Positions 32,985 through 46,919 of a stretch of 64,000 nucleotides of DNA are shown here, one piece after another. Origin of the DNA: Bugula neritina (taxonomy: Eukaryota > Animalia > Bryozoa). The position numbers and the translations under genes are program-made. The notes under the pieces were generated by a model. The model saw nothing but the letters and a program-made list of their open reading frames with translations. It was not told the origin of the DNA and did not search any database. How positions within the stretch are numbered: position 1 is the stretch's first letter; each line of letters begins with the position of its first letter. The DNA lies in the NCBI GenBank assembly GCA_964035545.1, contig OZ037770.1, positions 11,180,463-11,244,462 on the forward strand, in the 5' to 3' direction.

Positions 32985-33136
32985 TAGGAGCAGTAGTGGA
33001 GAAATTGAGATAGCTCTTTCGTTTTTTTTTAAATTTTGGTTTAGGAAGCAGGTTGAAATCCTCGAAAGACATAACTTCTTATGCTAACTAATCTAGAACA
33101 TATAGGTTTTTCTCAATTTCTCTACTAATGCACCTA
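32985..33136. mobile_element. Small MITE, same family as 8360-8502
   Basis: TIR TAGGAGCAGTAGTGGAGAAATTGAGA / TCTCAATTTCTCTACTAATGCACCTA; not present in the paralogous introns. Confidence 0.7.
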
Positions 33137-33428
33137 CCTCTAGGATTAGAGCTACATAGCTACACCTGCTCAAGTCTAGTCTTGGTATTAATACAATTAA
33201 AACAGTTAGGGTTTAAATCAAGTCAATCAAGTCACTCTGAGCCAACTAGAGTCTCAGTCTATTTGAGTTGAACAGCAACTCAGAATAAACTAAATGAATA
33301 AACTAAAAGTATACTTACGAATGATACAAACTGGAAAATATTTTAGTCAGCAAGAACTTGGCTTAACATGACTTGAAAATGTTCCTATACTTGCGGTGAG
33401 TTCGGCCCAGTTGCGGTCATTCATATTG

Positions 33429-33778
33429 ATGGGAAATTCATATTCTAAAATTGAAATTTGTCGCCTAATCGCTATTTGATGCCCTTTGTAAACGTCGTGA
33501 ATTCGTGAAGTTGACGGCCTAAAAGCGACAATTGAGAAGGCGTAGGTCATACAATCATTAACATATAAGTACATCATCTAATCTCCAAAGTCATAACTAA
33601 ATAACGGTGTTTACAAGGAGTTATTACTCCTTTTGAAGATTATTCTGAAATCGCCGATTAAGTTAACGCAGTACAAAATTTCTACGGGTGGCTTTTACAA
33701 TGCATTGCAACTAGGAGAAATTTCAACCCGGCTAAATTGAATTTCTCACCGAAAATCGTGAAGGTATAAGGGCAACTT
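33429..33778. mobile_element. 350-bp unclassified insertion just upstream of TRIM-PARP copy 2
   Basis: Absent at the paralogous positions (~25290, ~41093); flanked by TATTG on both sides; its end also matches ~9708-9740 in reverse. Confidence 0.6.
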
Positions 33779-34638
33779 TATTGTCATAATCTTGAATGTT
33801 GCTGCCAGTATATTGGAGAAAAGGTTGTTTAATGATACTATAAACGTTGTGTAAATAGGCAGTTATTTATCAAGCATAATACTAACTAACAGTAACTTGT
33901 TAAAAATGTAGACTTATGGACTATGGGAGGAGCTTAGTAATTAGAACTAGTTTAATCCAGTTGATAGCTATTGCAGTGAATTAGCTATTGTTAAGTCGTG
34001 TACACTCTATCTGTAATTTCGTAACGTGTTTATAGCCCACGCGTATAGTTTTACCTGCGTATCTTTGTAATAAATAAACGCATACTAATCTACTTTAATT
34101 GAAAAGTGTTGTGTATGAGTATGTATGCTATGATCTAAAGTGAAATTAATCAATATTTCAAAATATGTGCCTTTGCATGCAAGAAGAATTATTCCATTAC
34201 ATCACTAGTCGATGACGTTTAATGAACCATATCCTAAAATAGGGCTAAAAAGATAAATATGTTTACATTTTATAACTTAGTGAAACTCTCTCTTCAAGGT
34301 TAAGTATAGATGCAGCTACTTTTTTACACACACAAGACGTATTACATTATATAAAATATGGTTAGAATAACATTTTCAATATTTTATTAGTAATATAGAT
34401 TGTAAAAGTTTTATTAGGCTGTATTTGATTAGTTTACTATAGCTAAAGATTACAAGTATTTGATGTAAAGTTAACTGCATAAAACATTTATACACACATA
34501 ATTAATACAGATACAAAAATATATTTACGCTACACAAGTAGAATTGATTATCACTACTAGTTTCACTACTGAGAATAGGTTGAATATTTTTCTATCCTTA
34601 GACGTACCCAAAGTACAACCATGATGTGAGTAACTCGA

Positions 34639-37600
34639 TTATAAAAAGTGTATAATGATAACATACTCAGGGCATACTGCAGTATTATCAAATGCCTCAT
34701 AGTACTTTGCATGCTGCCAACTTATTCGGTGAGGTGAGCTACACCATTCGTTTTGCTCATGATACTGGTTCCCATTTGAAGCACGAGTAGAACTTGAAAA
34801 GAAATTGCCACCAGTTGGTCTTTTCTGCAGTGTTTCAGTAATTGCTCGAGCTCTTATAACGTAAACACCAGAACAATTATTTCTATTTTTGAAATGATTA
34901 GCTGTATCACGAGCACTTAAATACAGAGAGATGCTTGGTCTTCCACCAACAACACCTAAAAATATTTCAACAAATTACAATTTTCAATTATATGATCTTT
35001 GCTATACTAGCTGAACCATATAGCATTTAAATTAAATAAACCACATGTTCTGAATTGAATTCAAACACCAACGGCTCTAATAATAGTTGACACAAAAAAC
35101 TTATAAGCTGAAGTCTTCAACAAACCTAAAATGATAATATGACAAAAATTAATTGAACTTTCTTCTAGTTGAAACAATATAGTGAATTAAATAATCAGTT
35201 TATAATTTATTAAATTCTATATATTTAAAGCACTTATATATTAACATCTTGTATAATACTTGAAATTAATTAGTTTATATATTTCATTCAATTACACTGG
35301 TATTAATTACCCAAACACCTGCCATGGCATGCAGAAGTCAGAGCAATTGTGCAGCCTAAACTCTGTTTATAGAGAGAAGATAACTTTCCAATATTTGTAG
35401 TAATGTTGATTGACTCATAAAGCCATAGAAAGTATTATTTACTTGTTAATGACTCTCACCTTGTCTGTGTTCACTTATCAAATTCCCTGAAACAATTGAG
35501 GGGATGTCACTTTCTGTTGTTTGAAACCACAAGGAAGATGTTTCTACTCTATTCTCTAATTGCCGTCTTTGCTGTTTGGAACCTGCTGTTTTATTTGCTG
35601 CATATTTTCTGTAGTGGTCAGCATTTTGGATGCGATAAATTTCTATCTAGAAAATAAAGCTCAACTGTATGAAATTTTGTAGCATTTTAAACAAGTTTAA
35701 AATCCAATAAGTTTGTGGCAACAGCACGCTAAAGACATTTTTTGAGCCAAATTTAAAGTTGGTTGCCAATAGGCTGATCCCTCTAAACAGACCTATGAAA
35801 ATTACCAAAGCTATTAAACCTGTCATGCCCTTTATATTTCATTTTAATGTGGAAAAGTTGTAGCATCATTATAGCATTTTATATGTTTTTAGTTTTAGAT
35901 TTGTTCTTCCTTGCATAGATAGTAGGCTAAAAGCAAAGAATAGCAAAAAATTTCTCAATTCTGTTCAACAACATGCATCCTATACCTGAGTCCGATTGTT
36001 GGACCGCATTGCACCACTTGAGGATGACTGTCTCTCATTCACGTTGAAAGACTTCAAAACTTGCTGGTATTCTGCACTGCCTGGTTCCAAAAACACATGC
36101 CGTGGTTCTTCTACAGGTTCCTCCCAGTAGGTTGGTAAACTGGGTGTGGGAGCTAAAGCAGTAAGCAATTAGGTGAGTTTATATAATATCATTTTATTAA
36201 CAGAAGCTGCCATTTCATAAAGATAATGCATAAAAGATTTCACCAGCCACAATTGTTCTCTTAAAATGAAAAGAGTTGTATTGCTTGATTTCAATTATTA
36301 TATAGTTTTTATTGATAACAATTCTTTACTGCTTATAATTTAGCAATAAAAACAGGCAGGTATAAAGAGCAACTTACCAATAGCAATTAAGTATTTTTGC
36401 CCAATCTTTATCTCAATATTCCTATTTGAATCTAAAAGTACAGTGCAGCAACATTTTAAAATCTAGAAACTGTCACATCAACCAAGTTTATCAGGGTATA
36501 GCAAATATGACATAAATTTTAGTCACAGCAAATTTCATCGTCACTTATAAGACAATAAACTTCTAGCTGTCAATTGAACAGATGTTTTTGTGTATTTTGC
36601 GCTAAAAGCAGCCTTTGTTTAAAAATAATAGCTGGTAATAATCATCAGTGTGAAACTAATTAATTTATGAGAAATCAAACATATTTCACCAAGGTCAGTG
36701 TGCAGAATTGGTATTTCCAATGTTAACTCTGGCATCTCCATAGCAATAAGCTGTCCAAATTCACTTTTTGTCTGTCTGTATTGGGTAATCACATCCACCT
36801 TTTGACATAGAGCAGTAATATGAGTATATATGAGCACTTCACTACTTTCACTACCTTTATTAATTATTCATTATATAAAAACTAAAAGCAATAGGCTATA
36901 CTAAAAATAACAAACGAACTTATGTTTGAAACTTGGTCAATACAAAAGTTCATTATTAATTTTATAGTAAAAGTACACACGGTTACTATGCACACTTACC
37001 TGATGTCTCTGTTTAAGCTTAGCATCCAATCTTAACCTTTCTATATGAATCGAAGATAAAGCTCCATCAACATTTTCTTCCAAAAATTTGTTCATTTGAG
37101 CTTGCTTTGCCCTTCTCTGTTCCATGAATTGAGTCTCTAACCTCTGATACTCCAGTGTAATAGCTTGTACCTAATAATAATAATTAATTTGCTAATATAT
37201 TATTCTAATATGATTATGAAAAGTTTTTATTTTTACCCTTTATGGCAGACCTACAGCTTACTCTGATGAAATTTGCAAATATGTAGGCATTGTGTTTTGT
37301 TTAATGGTATTCATTAAAGCTACTAGTAGCTATCATGTTAATATCTGGAGTGCCACCTTTTACTGGATATATTAAGCTTTAGTATTTATTGTTATAATAG
37401 AAACAAAGTATAATATAGCTGAGATTTGCAAACATGACTACTATATGATCAATGCAACTTTTGTTGATAGGATACAATCTTCTGCTGTTATGACATTTAA
37501 AACTAATAAATAACTATACTATTAATTGTCTTCTCTTTGTATGAATACTATATTATATTACCCACAATACTTTTCGTGTTCTATCTCTTCTTCTACATAC

Positions 37601-40600
37601 TTAAAATATAACAAGCTTGTAAACTACACCTCTACTTACTTTATCCCCATATCTAACCTAAATAAGATGCCATCAGCCTATAACTCAAAAAGTATTACTA
37701 TAAACAAGTAGTTTCACAAAATATATATTAGTTCTGTTTTTTACCATTTGCAGTGTGATCTGCTGCAGATCTCAACTAAAATATTTGACTGACTGAAAAA
37801 AATAAGAAGTGTTATAAAATTATGCTCTAAACATGGTTTTCTATAAAATGCTTGACTAATACAATTATTGAACCAACTAAATTTTAGCCAATCCTTTTAA
37901 GCAAATATGAAAACATAAGCTATATAGATGGCTATTTATTGCTTAAGGCTATAGCTAGTTGAAAATTAAAGATATTTTATCAACATTTGTTTGCACTATA
38001 AGCCTTTGATAAATTAAAGGCAATGTGTGAGTATAAATTTTCATAACCTATTTCAGATAAAACTAACGAGCAAAGTTTGTTGTTTTTTCAAGATACAGAT
38101 GTTCGACATCGATTGATTGATTGATTTATGTAAATGCGAAAACTTCTGTTTATCTAAAGTTTTTAAAACTTTCAGTATACTATATGGATGATAACACAGA
38201 GCAAACACATCTCACCTGCTCATCTCTAGTTGTGTGCAGAAGTTTAATGAACGTGTCAGTCTCTGTCTCAAACTCAGATATTGATTTACCAGCGTTTTTA
38301 CTGAGAGAAGACAACTCTCCTTCTTTATTCAGTAGGTCAGAGGTCAACTTGTTGATGTCTTTCATCAACTCAGCAAATAACTCCTCTATGGAAAGGAGTT
38401 GGTGAGAAGTACCTATATAACATTTATATAAGGAAACATCAGCTGTAACTTCTGTATTTTACTATTGTGTGCAATTTATATACATTTATATACAATCCAT
38501 TACATTTAATCTACTTCAAGGGCCCATCTTATAACAATCTGGCGGATGCTAAAATCAAAGGGGCTTTAATTTTTACAATTTGATTCAGAAGACTTTGATG
38601 AATGCTCATCTAAATAACTTGGCTACCAGCTAGAGAACTTATTCAAGGCTATATGAAACACATTTTCTAGTAGAAAATAACTTGAGAACTTAAGTAACAG
38701 TCAAAATTACTGAAAGTTACTATATTAGTCAATGTAGTCACCTGCAATTGAATGACAACTAGTATATAAGGGTAAAGCTCAACCAGAAAATATAGATTGC
38801 ATATTAAGGATTTATAACTGAAGGACAAGTCGTATTTATAAAAAAAGTTGTTTACATTAATCGTGTATAAGTTGTCATTTTATGAAACTTTAAATTAGCT
38901 AGAGTTACTATGATATAATAAATACATTATTTTATATAGTAATTAATAAGTATAATAAGTACCCAGCTAGTATACAGTAGACGATCACAGTTCACATACA
39001 TAATAGTCAATACATATACAAGTGTAGTTTGCTTTTTCAATTACCAGTGATGGCAAGGAATTGTTATCCAATCATCAATTCAACTGTAAGCAATTTACAA
39101 GTGTTGGTATATATATATATATATAAATTATTAAAAATTACCAGTGCTGATATATAAATGTTATCCAATCACCAGTGTTGATATATAATTATTACCCACT
39201 CACCAGCGCTGGTACAGCTCTTCAAACCAGACAGACATTTCACACAACAGAGACTCAGACAGTCTCTACATCCAACACTGTAAGGCTGATCTTCATGTTT
39301 ATCACAGAACCTAACCTTCATCTTGTTAGCATTAGCTCTATATTCTTGTATTGTACAGGTTTGGTGATCATCATGCATCTCTTCGTGAAACTATACGGTA
39401 CAGAAAGTATAAACACTTTGTAAAGACAGCTAACGCTAGTCTGCAGTCATAAGTTTTCCCTAGGGATAGTGACATGGCAAGTAAAGAGTGGCACAGATGC
39501 TGTCTGCCATCATTAATCTTGACTGAGTTGACACATAACATCAGGTACTTGCTAAGCAGGTGCTTTGTCTGACTATATGACTGTGCTGGTATAATACATG
39601 TTCGGTAAAACTTTTGATTCAAGAAATTATATATAATTTTAGAATATTAAATTTGCATAATTTCTTTTAGGCAAACTTATAAATAATAAAATCAAGGAAG
39701 CTCAGACCCTAAAAGTATTCAAGTCACAACTGTAACTGAACCTTACTACAAAGGTTAATTGTTCTGTAATTCCTATATGTTTAAAATTGATCTACATACA
39801 TAAATTATTCTGGCAGACCTGTTTGTGTTGGGAACAAAACTTCTTATCACATGAACCACAGTAGATCACAGCTGATACATTCTTGTTTTTCTTGATGCAA
39901 ACATCACATGGAGTGTTTGAACTAATCTTCACTCTTGCACCTGGCACTGTATCTGGTACAGCATCAAACACTTGTCTGAAACATATAAATACAGAAACTA
40001 TATGCAGAATAAGAGCCATGGCTTGTTATAAGTTGATTCAAGGTTTCTATAATAGAGTATTAACCAATTATCTTCTAGCAGTGTTCAAAAATATTGATGG
40101 CTGAAATCAAGTCATATGGCTTGCTGCAGTAAAAAATATATAATTATTGTTTGCTTGTTTTCTACAACCATGAGCTAAATTTTAGCTGCTAAAATAGCTA
40201 ATAATGCCTATTAATATAATACAAACCAGTTACATTAAAAACCCATTATGGTAAAACTAGAAAATTACGATTTTATATATTGAAAGAAATTAGAAAATAG
40301 GTTTCTAAAATAACGATAATTAACAGACTGCTACTATAAGTTTGTAGACCTACAATAAATTAAATGCAAACATATTTCAGCAGGTTTATATTAGGGTGAC
40401 AACATAAAGCATTAGTTGAGTGAGGCTCCCAGAATGAAGTTTATCCAAAGTCAAATATTGAAATACTTTAGTGATTGTAACTTATTAGCCTAGAAGAGAT
40501 ATTTTTTTATATTGCATAACTACTATATGAATACCACAGTATGTTACCTGCATTGTGGACATCTCAACACTTTACTTTGATCAAAAGCTACTTTAAGACA

Positions 40601-40717
40601 CGGACCACAGTGTACATGAGAACAGGGGAGTTGCTTAGGATCTACTAAATCATCATCTACTTGAAGGCAGAAGCCACATTCTCTCTTCATGCTTTTTCTA
40701 ATTGCAGCAGCTGCCAT
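34639..40717 (-). CDS. TRIM + PARP/ART-like domain protein, copy 3 (~553 aa)
   Basis: Coding exons 40717-40548, 39975-39819, 39390-39204, 38412-38216, 37170-37000, 36798-36690, 36152-35986, 35646-35460, 34955-34639; all GT-AG and in phase. Confidence 0.85.
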
Positions 40718-41449
40718 TATAGTATAATTAAACTTCTTTTGAGACCTGCAAAGAAAGAATTGAATATGTAAGGAAGGTGGTAGGATTGGAGCTGCACAGC
40801 TACACCAACTCAATTCTAGTCTTGGTATTATTAAAAAGTTTCAAGTTCAAGCCAAATCAATGTAGTCACTCTGAGACAACTAGAGTCAATTTGATTTGAC
40901 AAACAAGTCAGAATAAGTAGTAGTAAACTAACTGTATACTAATAAATAGTAGCAAATTAAAATTATACTTACAGGTGATAGAAACTGGAAGTTATTTTAG
41001 TGAGCTAGTAGTTAGCTTTACATGATAAGATCTGGTGTAAATATTTACTTGTGCTATACTTGGGTGATTTTGGCCTAGCTTTGGTTATTCTTATTGTAGC
41101 AATCCTGAGTGTTGCTGCCAGTGTTTTGGGACAAAAGAGTGTTTATTTATACTAACACTGTGTGAATGGGTAGTTGATTTCTATTGTCGTAAAGTATTGA
41201 ACTGTATTGATTTTTTTAAACCAGTCAATAATTACAATTTGCTTAAGCAATCAATTGTCTTGCAGTTAAAGTGATGTAATAACCCAACAATACATATAAA
41301 AGGCAGCAAAGCACCTAAACAAAACCAACACAAAATGAAAGGCTTAACAGTTAGCACACTTGCACAAAGAACATGTTAGGTGATATAGCTGTTATTGTAG
41401 CTAACAGAAACTTGCAGCCACAACTGCAATGATTCCATGCATTTATTAT

Positions 41450-41453
<4 letters not shown>

Positions 41454-41511
<58 letters not shown>
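41454..41511. repeat. (TA)n microsatellite
   Basis: Direct inspection. Confidence 0.95.
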
Positions 41512-41513
<2 letters not shown>

Positions 41514-42321
41514 ACAATAATTTATGCAATTTAGGTTGGGATTCAGAATAAACAGAAATTATTACAATTAAAAAGCATAAGTTAAAAGAAAATCATTTTA
41601 GAACATAAAGCCTGAAAAACGTATCATAACCTGCCAAATGTAGCAATGTACTTTCATCAAAACTAAGCATAATAAAATATTATGGCTTTGAAAGCAACAA
41701 GGTGTACACTATTTATGATAAAATAAAAGCAAGCTATGTCAAAGAGTATGTGGAAATAGTGCAGTTATAAAAAAATGAGTTGACTTGAAAAGAACTATAT
41801 AAATTATAGTTAAATAATAAATTATAGTATTTGCAGTGCTGAGTTTACCCAAGAGTCCCTGCATGCTTGCTGCAGACCAGATTTCACGGTTAAAACCCCA
41901 GTGGGTCAAAAGTTATCGTGCAATTGCGTATAGTTAAAGTATCACATCTTCATTTTAAGTTTTCATGTTTGTGCGACATATTTACAAAATTAAATGTTTT
42001 TCTAAGTAAACCAGCTTAAATGTTGACTGCAAACAGCACATTTCTCAATTATAGTTCCCATTCCATCAAATTGCAAATCAAACTAATTTTTTCCAGCATG
42101 GACCAAGTTTTTTTTATAATATTTCTTATGAATAAAATAAAATACCCACATGCAAGCTAAGAAAACTATAAAGACAGACTAAAAAATAACTGTTACACAA
42201 GTTATATTGTTTGGTGAAAACACAACAGTACATGTTTTACACCGAAAGTTAGGGGAAAGTAAATAAACCTTGTATGGTAATAGAATTAGCCTCTCTCAAA
42301 CCTAATAGCCATGAACTTCAA

Positions 42322-42516
42322 GCCGTGGTCTAGGGGTTAAAGCGTTCGCTTTGTGAAAACAAAGTCGTGGGTTCGAACCTGACAAAGGCCATTAGTGATG
42401 TTAGGAAGAGCATCCAGTCATAATTGCTTCTGTGCTTCATTTGAACAAGTCTTTAGCCCGTTCTAACAAAAACCTTTTCCATCAGGGGTTTCTCACAGGG
42501 ATAGCGACTATAAACT
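42322..42516 (+). mobile_element. tRNA(His-like)-derived SINE, probably MetaSINE-type
   Basis: A-box GCCGTGGTCTAGGGG, B-box GGTTCGAACC, body GGAAGAGCATCCAGTCATAA; further copies at 28833, 46012 and 63305. Confidence 0.75.
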
Positions 42517-43974
42517 TGCGTGAGTTTTTATATATACAACAAAAATCAGTGTAATAAAAACAGTGCTACCCAAAATAGAAACAAACATGTTCAATTATAA
42601 ATTTCTCAGTCCTATAATAAGTCAAATAAGAAGTTTAAGAGAATTTGTAATTTTGTATAAGCTAATTGTTTGCCAGAACGTGCTAGATGTAGCACCGAGT
42701 TGATGCGAGGTGTTTCACAAAGCCAATATCATACAGATTGGTAAAGGTAGATAGATTCACAACTTGCCACGTTACTGATGTAAGATCAGCAGTATGGCAA
42801 TGGTTAAATAGCACAATTGACTAGCAGTGTGCGTCGGCTGGTATAGTAATGCTAAGCAAAGGCATACAAATGAAAGCGGCTGAAAAGATCGTGCTGATAA
42901 TGGCAGTAATTTCTCTATGATGATGTTGAAATATTTATTCAGGAAGATACCTAGACCTTCTAAACAGAGAAAAAACCATGTACCCAAATAATTGGCAATT
43001 TTTTACATAAAATATACTTCTATTTTCATGCTGTGATTTTGAGTTGAAGAGGGGTATTGTGGTGTTCATGACTTTATTGTGAAGACAGTTGCTATGTTAT
43101 AATAATTGTTGAGTAGAGGGCTGATGCTTTTTTCAATTATTGGGATAAAATAAGTATAGAGCTGTAATTCACAGAACCGCTATATTTCATGTAGAAAGAA
43201 GGGAACAGGAAATAGAATTGTGGGTAACATAATAAAAATTAGTACAGCAAGTTGAAAGTTATCCACTCTTGATAATTAGACATCCAAGAGAAGACGATTA
43301 CTAGTATGGGCACTTGTTAGCATTAATAGCATTATATATACGATGGTTTATTGTTATCAGAGCGGAAGATTGCATTCTATCAACAATGATGAGGCCAAGT
43401 GGTTACCATGGTATATTATGCTATAAATTGTTTATTTTAAAATAGTAGTTCACTACTGGCAGTCAAACATTTAGGCTCTGCCCATGTAATGATGCTGTCT
43501 TACTCATTTTGTCAGTTTTCATTCCCAAGTAATGAGTGTTTGTGGAACAGATTATAGTTATAACATATTCTATAATTAGAAATATTTCTGAAAGATTTCA
43601 GCAAAAACATGTGCACAAAGCGCTTGCAAGCCACAGATAGCAGCATTGAAGTAGAGTTACGGTAAAGTTTTGTAACAACAGTTTATTAATATAAAGTATT
43701 ACAATACATCACAGAGACACAATTAAATGACAAAAATAACTACCGAAGCAAGACATGCATACACAATAACGTTTAACAAATGTTTAGTTTTGAAATACGA
43801 CAAATTTACTGTAAAATATGATCACCTAGTAACTACATTTATAAGTGACAACGCATGAATTAAACTGCACACTGCACAACAATATATTGCAAAAGCTTGG
43901 TGTGAACTTATGAGATTCTGTTTATTATAAGACGTGGTGTATGATCAACAACTTCCTCTGTTGGTAGAGACATT

Positions 43975-44901
43975 TTAGGCTGGTTGTATCCTGACTTTCT
44001 TAACTTGAAGTAGTCTCATGATGTGGGATCTGTAGCCTGGAGTCATTACAATGTATACAATAATGTTCAAGGTACCATAAATAGCTTGGTAATAAATAGA
44101 TATCCACCTGGTCACAATAGTCAGTCTCCTTGGCAAAGCTTCGATTACATCGAAGACAACTGCTAGAAAAGTTGGAACATATAGCAAGTAAAATGTAACA
44201 CAAATAATCAAAATGTATTGAGCTGATCTTTTCACTATCAAGTCATCTGGTCCAGCTGTGTTCCTCTGCCGCATTCTTCTAAGTTCCTTCCAAGTCTTGA
44301 GTAGCAGAATTACACACGTTGTTAAAGTTATTGTTATGGAGCTTGCAAAAATGACATCAGTCTGAGTATTGAATTCTATTGGCATGGAACCAAAGACGCT
44401 AAAACAGTAGCTCCTAGTGTCAGTTGCTAAGGAAACAGCCATCACGATAAAACTAACTATCCAGATTGCGCCAAGACAAGCTCCCAAGTTGTTAAGCACT
44501 TTGTCTGTCTGTACATTGAATGGTTGACATATGGAGACATATCTTTCATAGCTACCAGTTACCAAGATGAGATTTCGAGCCAAGTATGTGGCAAAACCAA
44601 GTATGTTGATTATAACTTGATACACCAGTACCTCTTTATCGGAGAGTTTTACCACTAGCCTGTTCAGATCACAGCTAACAAGTAAAGTAAAGATTGCACC
44701 TGTGGCTATGTCCGAAATCCCAATGTTTACCACGACCCAAAAATACCCATTTCTCTTTGACTTGTCCAAAGTTTTTAGCACAATCAAGTTTAGAATGTTG
44801 AGGACAACACTAAACATGTTGAGTACCATTGAGGCTGTAGGAATAGTTGAATCAGCACAGAGTTCTGTTACATCATCACACAGGAAGCTGTTGTTCTCCA
44901 T
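43975..44901 (-). CDS. Intronless class A (rhodopsin-like) GPCR, 308 aa, paralog 1
   Basis: Seven hydrophobic segments; TM2 NIGISD, TM3 SYERYVSICQP, TM6 YVP, TM7 NIIVY; first ATG at 44901. Confidence 0.9.
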   Translation of the reverse strand: MENNSFLCDDVTELCADSTIPTASMVLNMFSVVLNILNLIVLKTLDKSKRNGYFWVVVNIGISDIATGAIFTLLVSCDLNRLVVKLSDKEVLVYQVIINILGFATYLARNLILVTGSYERYVSICQPFNVQTDKVLNNLGACLGAIWIVSFIVMAVSLATDTRSYCFSVFGSMPIEFNTQTDVIFASSITITLTTCVILLLKTWKELRRMRQRNTAGPDDLIVKRSAQYILIICVTFYLLYVPTFLAVVFDVIEALPRRLTIVTRWISIYYQAIYGTLNIIVYIVMTPGYRSHIMRLLQVKKVRIQPA

Positions 44902-45644
44902 CTTCTTGCTGTTAATTTTTAAGAGTTTTCGGTACACAAATTCGGACTGTGTTGATCATGCAACAGATTACAATTTTAAATATACAACTTCTGAAAGATT
45001 TTATTTTGAACAGCTTACAAGTTTGCAAGGCGTTTCAACTTGAAGTCAGTTCATCAAATATAATAAAATAGTCAGAAGTACACTATACACTTTGAATAAT
45101 TAAAATTACTTAAGTTGAGAGAAACATTTTACACTAATTAAAGTTAAAGAATCAATCTTTAGGATTGTAAAGCTTACAGTAGGCCATGTACGCAGGAATG
45201 TTTTATTTACCCTATGTAGTAAGATTTCAAAGGTGATATAAAACATTAAGTAAACTGATGTCATTTTTGATTGAAAATACAATTAAGATCACTATAATGG
45301 ATATCATAGAGATCTCGCCATCTTTAATATATGTTCAAATCGATAATCTATGTTTCAGTTTAATTTTATGAAAAGAAGGCAAGAGTAAGCCTGACAAGCT
45401 ATATATAGTTACTCTCAAAAGTATGCTAGTATACTTGAGGTACTGCATGGAAAGTTGTATTTATGTACATTCTTCCTGTAGTGAAAAATTCAAAACCCCA
45501 ACTTGCTGCCCATGATCAAGAAGTGGTGATGGGCTGTGTACTGACTTATTGTACTGAAATTGTGATGTCTTCTTTCTAGCTTTCATACACTTTAATGAAT
45601 ATTATCTAACTGATCCAACTTTAGTTGGGGTAATGCAGCCATGA

Positions 45645-45865
45645 TATCTAAGTGCTATTCAATGCTACATAAACTACTATATCCAAGTGCTATTCAATGC
45701 CATACACTGTTCTATGCAAGTGCTATTCAATGGCATATTATACACTGTTCTATGCGAGTGCTATACAATGATATAAACTACTATACACAAGTGCTATTCA
45801 ATACTATACACTACTACATACAAGTGCTATTCAATGTTATATACTATTATATATGCAAGTGCTTT
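45645..45865. repeat. Degenerate ~30-bp tandem repeat (CAAGTGCTATTCAATGCTATACACTACTATA)
   Basis: About 7 units; paralogous array at 63620-63860. Confidence 0.75.
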
Positions 45866-46011
45866 GCTATGTCTCATGTATCCAAATAATGCACTGTTAG
45901 TTGATTACAGCGAGAGAGAATGAAGTATAGTTGAGTTTTACTATAAAGATAGTGAGAATTGGACATGGGATGATGATGACTTATTTGACATTAACAGATA
46001 TTCTATAACTG

Positions 46012-46078
46012 AAGGTTCAAACCCATGACTTTCTTGTTTACTAAGCAAACGATCGAACTAACCCTTAGACCATGGCTG
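46012..46078 (-). mobile_element. SINE head fragment
   Basis: Reverse complement of the tRNA-like head of 42322. Confidence 0.55.
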
Positions 46079-46145
46079 CTGATACTAAACATACATACTA
46101 TGATACATATATATACATATAATATGTGGTGATTATTATTACAAT

Positions 46146-46919
46146 CACGGGCTTTCCATGTACCGATCTCAGATCGATCTCGCTGAGATCGATCTGAGAA
46201 ATGTGCTCAGATCAATCGTTTTTCCATGAGAATGTCAGATCGATCTCTCGAAGTTGCCTCCTCTTAAGTGAAGGATACTTTAAAAGTATTTTTTTTACCT
46301 GTTTGAGTGATCAAAGCTACTTCTGTTGAAAACAAGATGGTCGTAGTCTAAAATTTAATCCCAGCTATAAACTATGCGCAGCAAAGCTTTCAGTGTATGG
46401 TAATTTGGCCAATTTAAAATAATTAATTTTAATTTATTAGCTTGACAGCTTATATAAAATTACTGGCTGTCTTGCAGATTATTAATAAACTTACAGGACT
46501 GTTGGGCTTAAAATTACAAAGAAAATAGCTAATGAAACTAAGTTTTAATAGTCATTTAAATTCAATTTAAATTCTCCCATTTTTTTACCTTCTACTGCAT
46601 ATAATTGAGTTTTCTTAATCATTGTACTGAAAGTCAAAGTTTTGGCATCTGAAAAGATGGCTATCATAATTATTAAATACTTTGCTTAGTAATTATCAAT
46701 AAGTTATCATTTTTATTAGCAGACAACATTGTAGCGCGCAGTCTTTTTCTACTTCTCAGATCGATCTGGCGTCTTTCCATGGTCTTATTGACATGAGATC
46801 GATCTGAGTTCGAGCTCCACAGACCGACCAGCTCAGATCGACGGAGATCGATCTTTGGCGTCTTTCCATGGATCGATCTCGCTGAGATCGATCTGAGATC
46901 GGTACATGGAAAGCCGGTG
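46146..46919. mobile_element. MITE with GATC-rich TIRs and AT TSD
   Basis: TIR CAC(G/C)GGCTTTCCATGTACCGATCTCAGATCGATCTC at both ends; AT on both flanks. Confidence 0.85.

Noticed and set aside
42322-42390. Possible nuclear tRNA-His gene
   Set aside because: No complete acceptor stem, followed by a SINE body, with several decayed copies
44702-45043. Plus-strand ORF overlapping the GPCR (also 62422-62733)
   Set aside because: Antisense shadow of the GPCR coding sequence
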